DNA from: a virus
Taxonomy: Duplodnaviria > Heunggongvirae > Uroviricota > Caudoviricetes
Strand: one strand, 5' to 3'
DNA: 42,997 nt
IMG/VR virus record: IMGVR_UViG_2563366800_000007
Both the position numbers and the translations under genes were made by a program. Within the stretch, counting starts at the first letter, position 1; every line of letters begins with the position of its first letter. The notes below the pieces were generated by a model that saw nothing but the letters and a program-made list of their open reading frames with translations, was not told the origin of the DNA and did not search any database. Below are positions 42,449 to 42,997 of this stretch, in pieces.

Positions 42449-42997
42449 ATGATTTACGGTTATGCCCGAGTATCAACAAACCACCAGGACACTGAATTGC
42501 AACTAACGGCGCTCAAGTCAGCGGGTTGTGAGAAAATTTTTGAAGAGCATGCCAGCGGGAGGAAATCGAATCGGCCGGTTCTAAAACGGCTCATCGCCAC
42601 TATGCAGCCGGGGGATGAACTGGTGGTCTGGAAGCTGGACAGGATAGGCCGCAACGTTCTGCATGCGCTGTTGATGTTCCAGCAGTTACAGGAAAAGGGT
42701 ATCAACTTCCGCAGTATTACCGATGGCGTGGATCTCAAAACAGCCAGCGGCCGCTATAACTTTCGTAACATCCTTTCCGCAGCACAATATGAATCTGATC
42801 TTAATAGCGAACGTACCTTAGCAGGGCTGGCCGTAGCCAGGGCAAAAGGGCGAGTTGGTGGTCGCAGGCCTAAGTTCACGGATGAGCAATGGCGGGAAAT
42901 GGGGGAGCGGATGGCAACCGGTGAATCACGACAAAGCGTATCAAAAACGTATGGAGTAGGGCTCTCAACTCTGTATAAAAAGTTTCCAGCTAGCTGA
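42449..42997 (+). CDS. Serine DNA invertase (Gin/Hin/Pin family)
   Basis: MIYGYARVSTNHQDTELQ...VVWKLDRIGR and a C-terminal HTH (GESRQSVSKTYGVGLSTLYK) are diagnostic; AGGAGA ribosome-binding site. Track ORF begins at 42290. Confidence 0.9.
   Translation: MIYGYARVSTNHQDTELQLTALKSAGCEKIFEEHASGRKSNRPVLKRLIATMQPGDELVVWKLDRIGRNVLHALLMFQQLQEKGINFRSITDGVDLKTASGRYNFRNILSAAQYESDLNSERTLAGLAVARAKGRVGGRRPKFTDEQWREMGERMATGESRQSVSKTYGVGLSTLYKKFPAS

Overview
The window is an almost complete (~43 kb) mosaic lambdoid prophage of an enterobacterium, running from a P4-type tyrosine integrase at the left edge to a Gin/Pin-family DNA invertase at the right edge. Left arm (minus strand): AlpA/Xis-like regulator, RecT/RecE recombination pair, small Rac-like genes, an AT-rich three-gene HicA-HicB-SecB-like operon, and two tandem CI-like repressors. 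Right arm (plus strand): YdaS/YdaT regulators, O/P replication genes with origin iterons, a nin-like region (methylase remnants, LexA-box dinI, DUF1367-like, YbcO-like, RusA, YlcG-like, Q-like antiterminator), a late promoter/terminator leader followed by a small-protein plus ClpP-fold peptidase moron, a lysis cassette, monocistronic morons, a cos region with GTCCCA repeats, lambda-like terminase/portal/head genes, a Mu-like contractile tail with a -1 frameshift chaperone, and an invertible tail-fibre segment. No rRNA, tRNA or CRISPR array was recognised. The best candidates for new biology are the HicA-HicB-SecB-like tripartite module at the classic superinfection-exclusion position and the uncharacterised peptidase moron in the late leader. 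All calls rest on reading the ORF translations and DNA by eye; no searches were run, and coordinates of small DNA motifs are approximate (+/- 2 bp).
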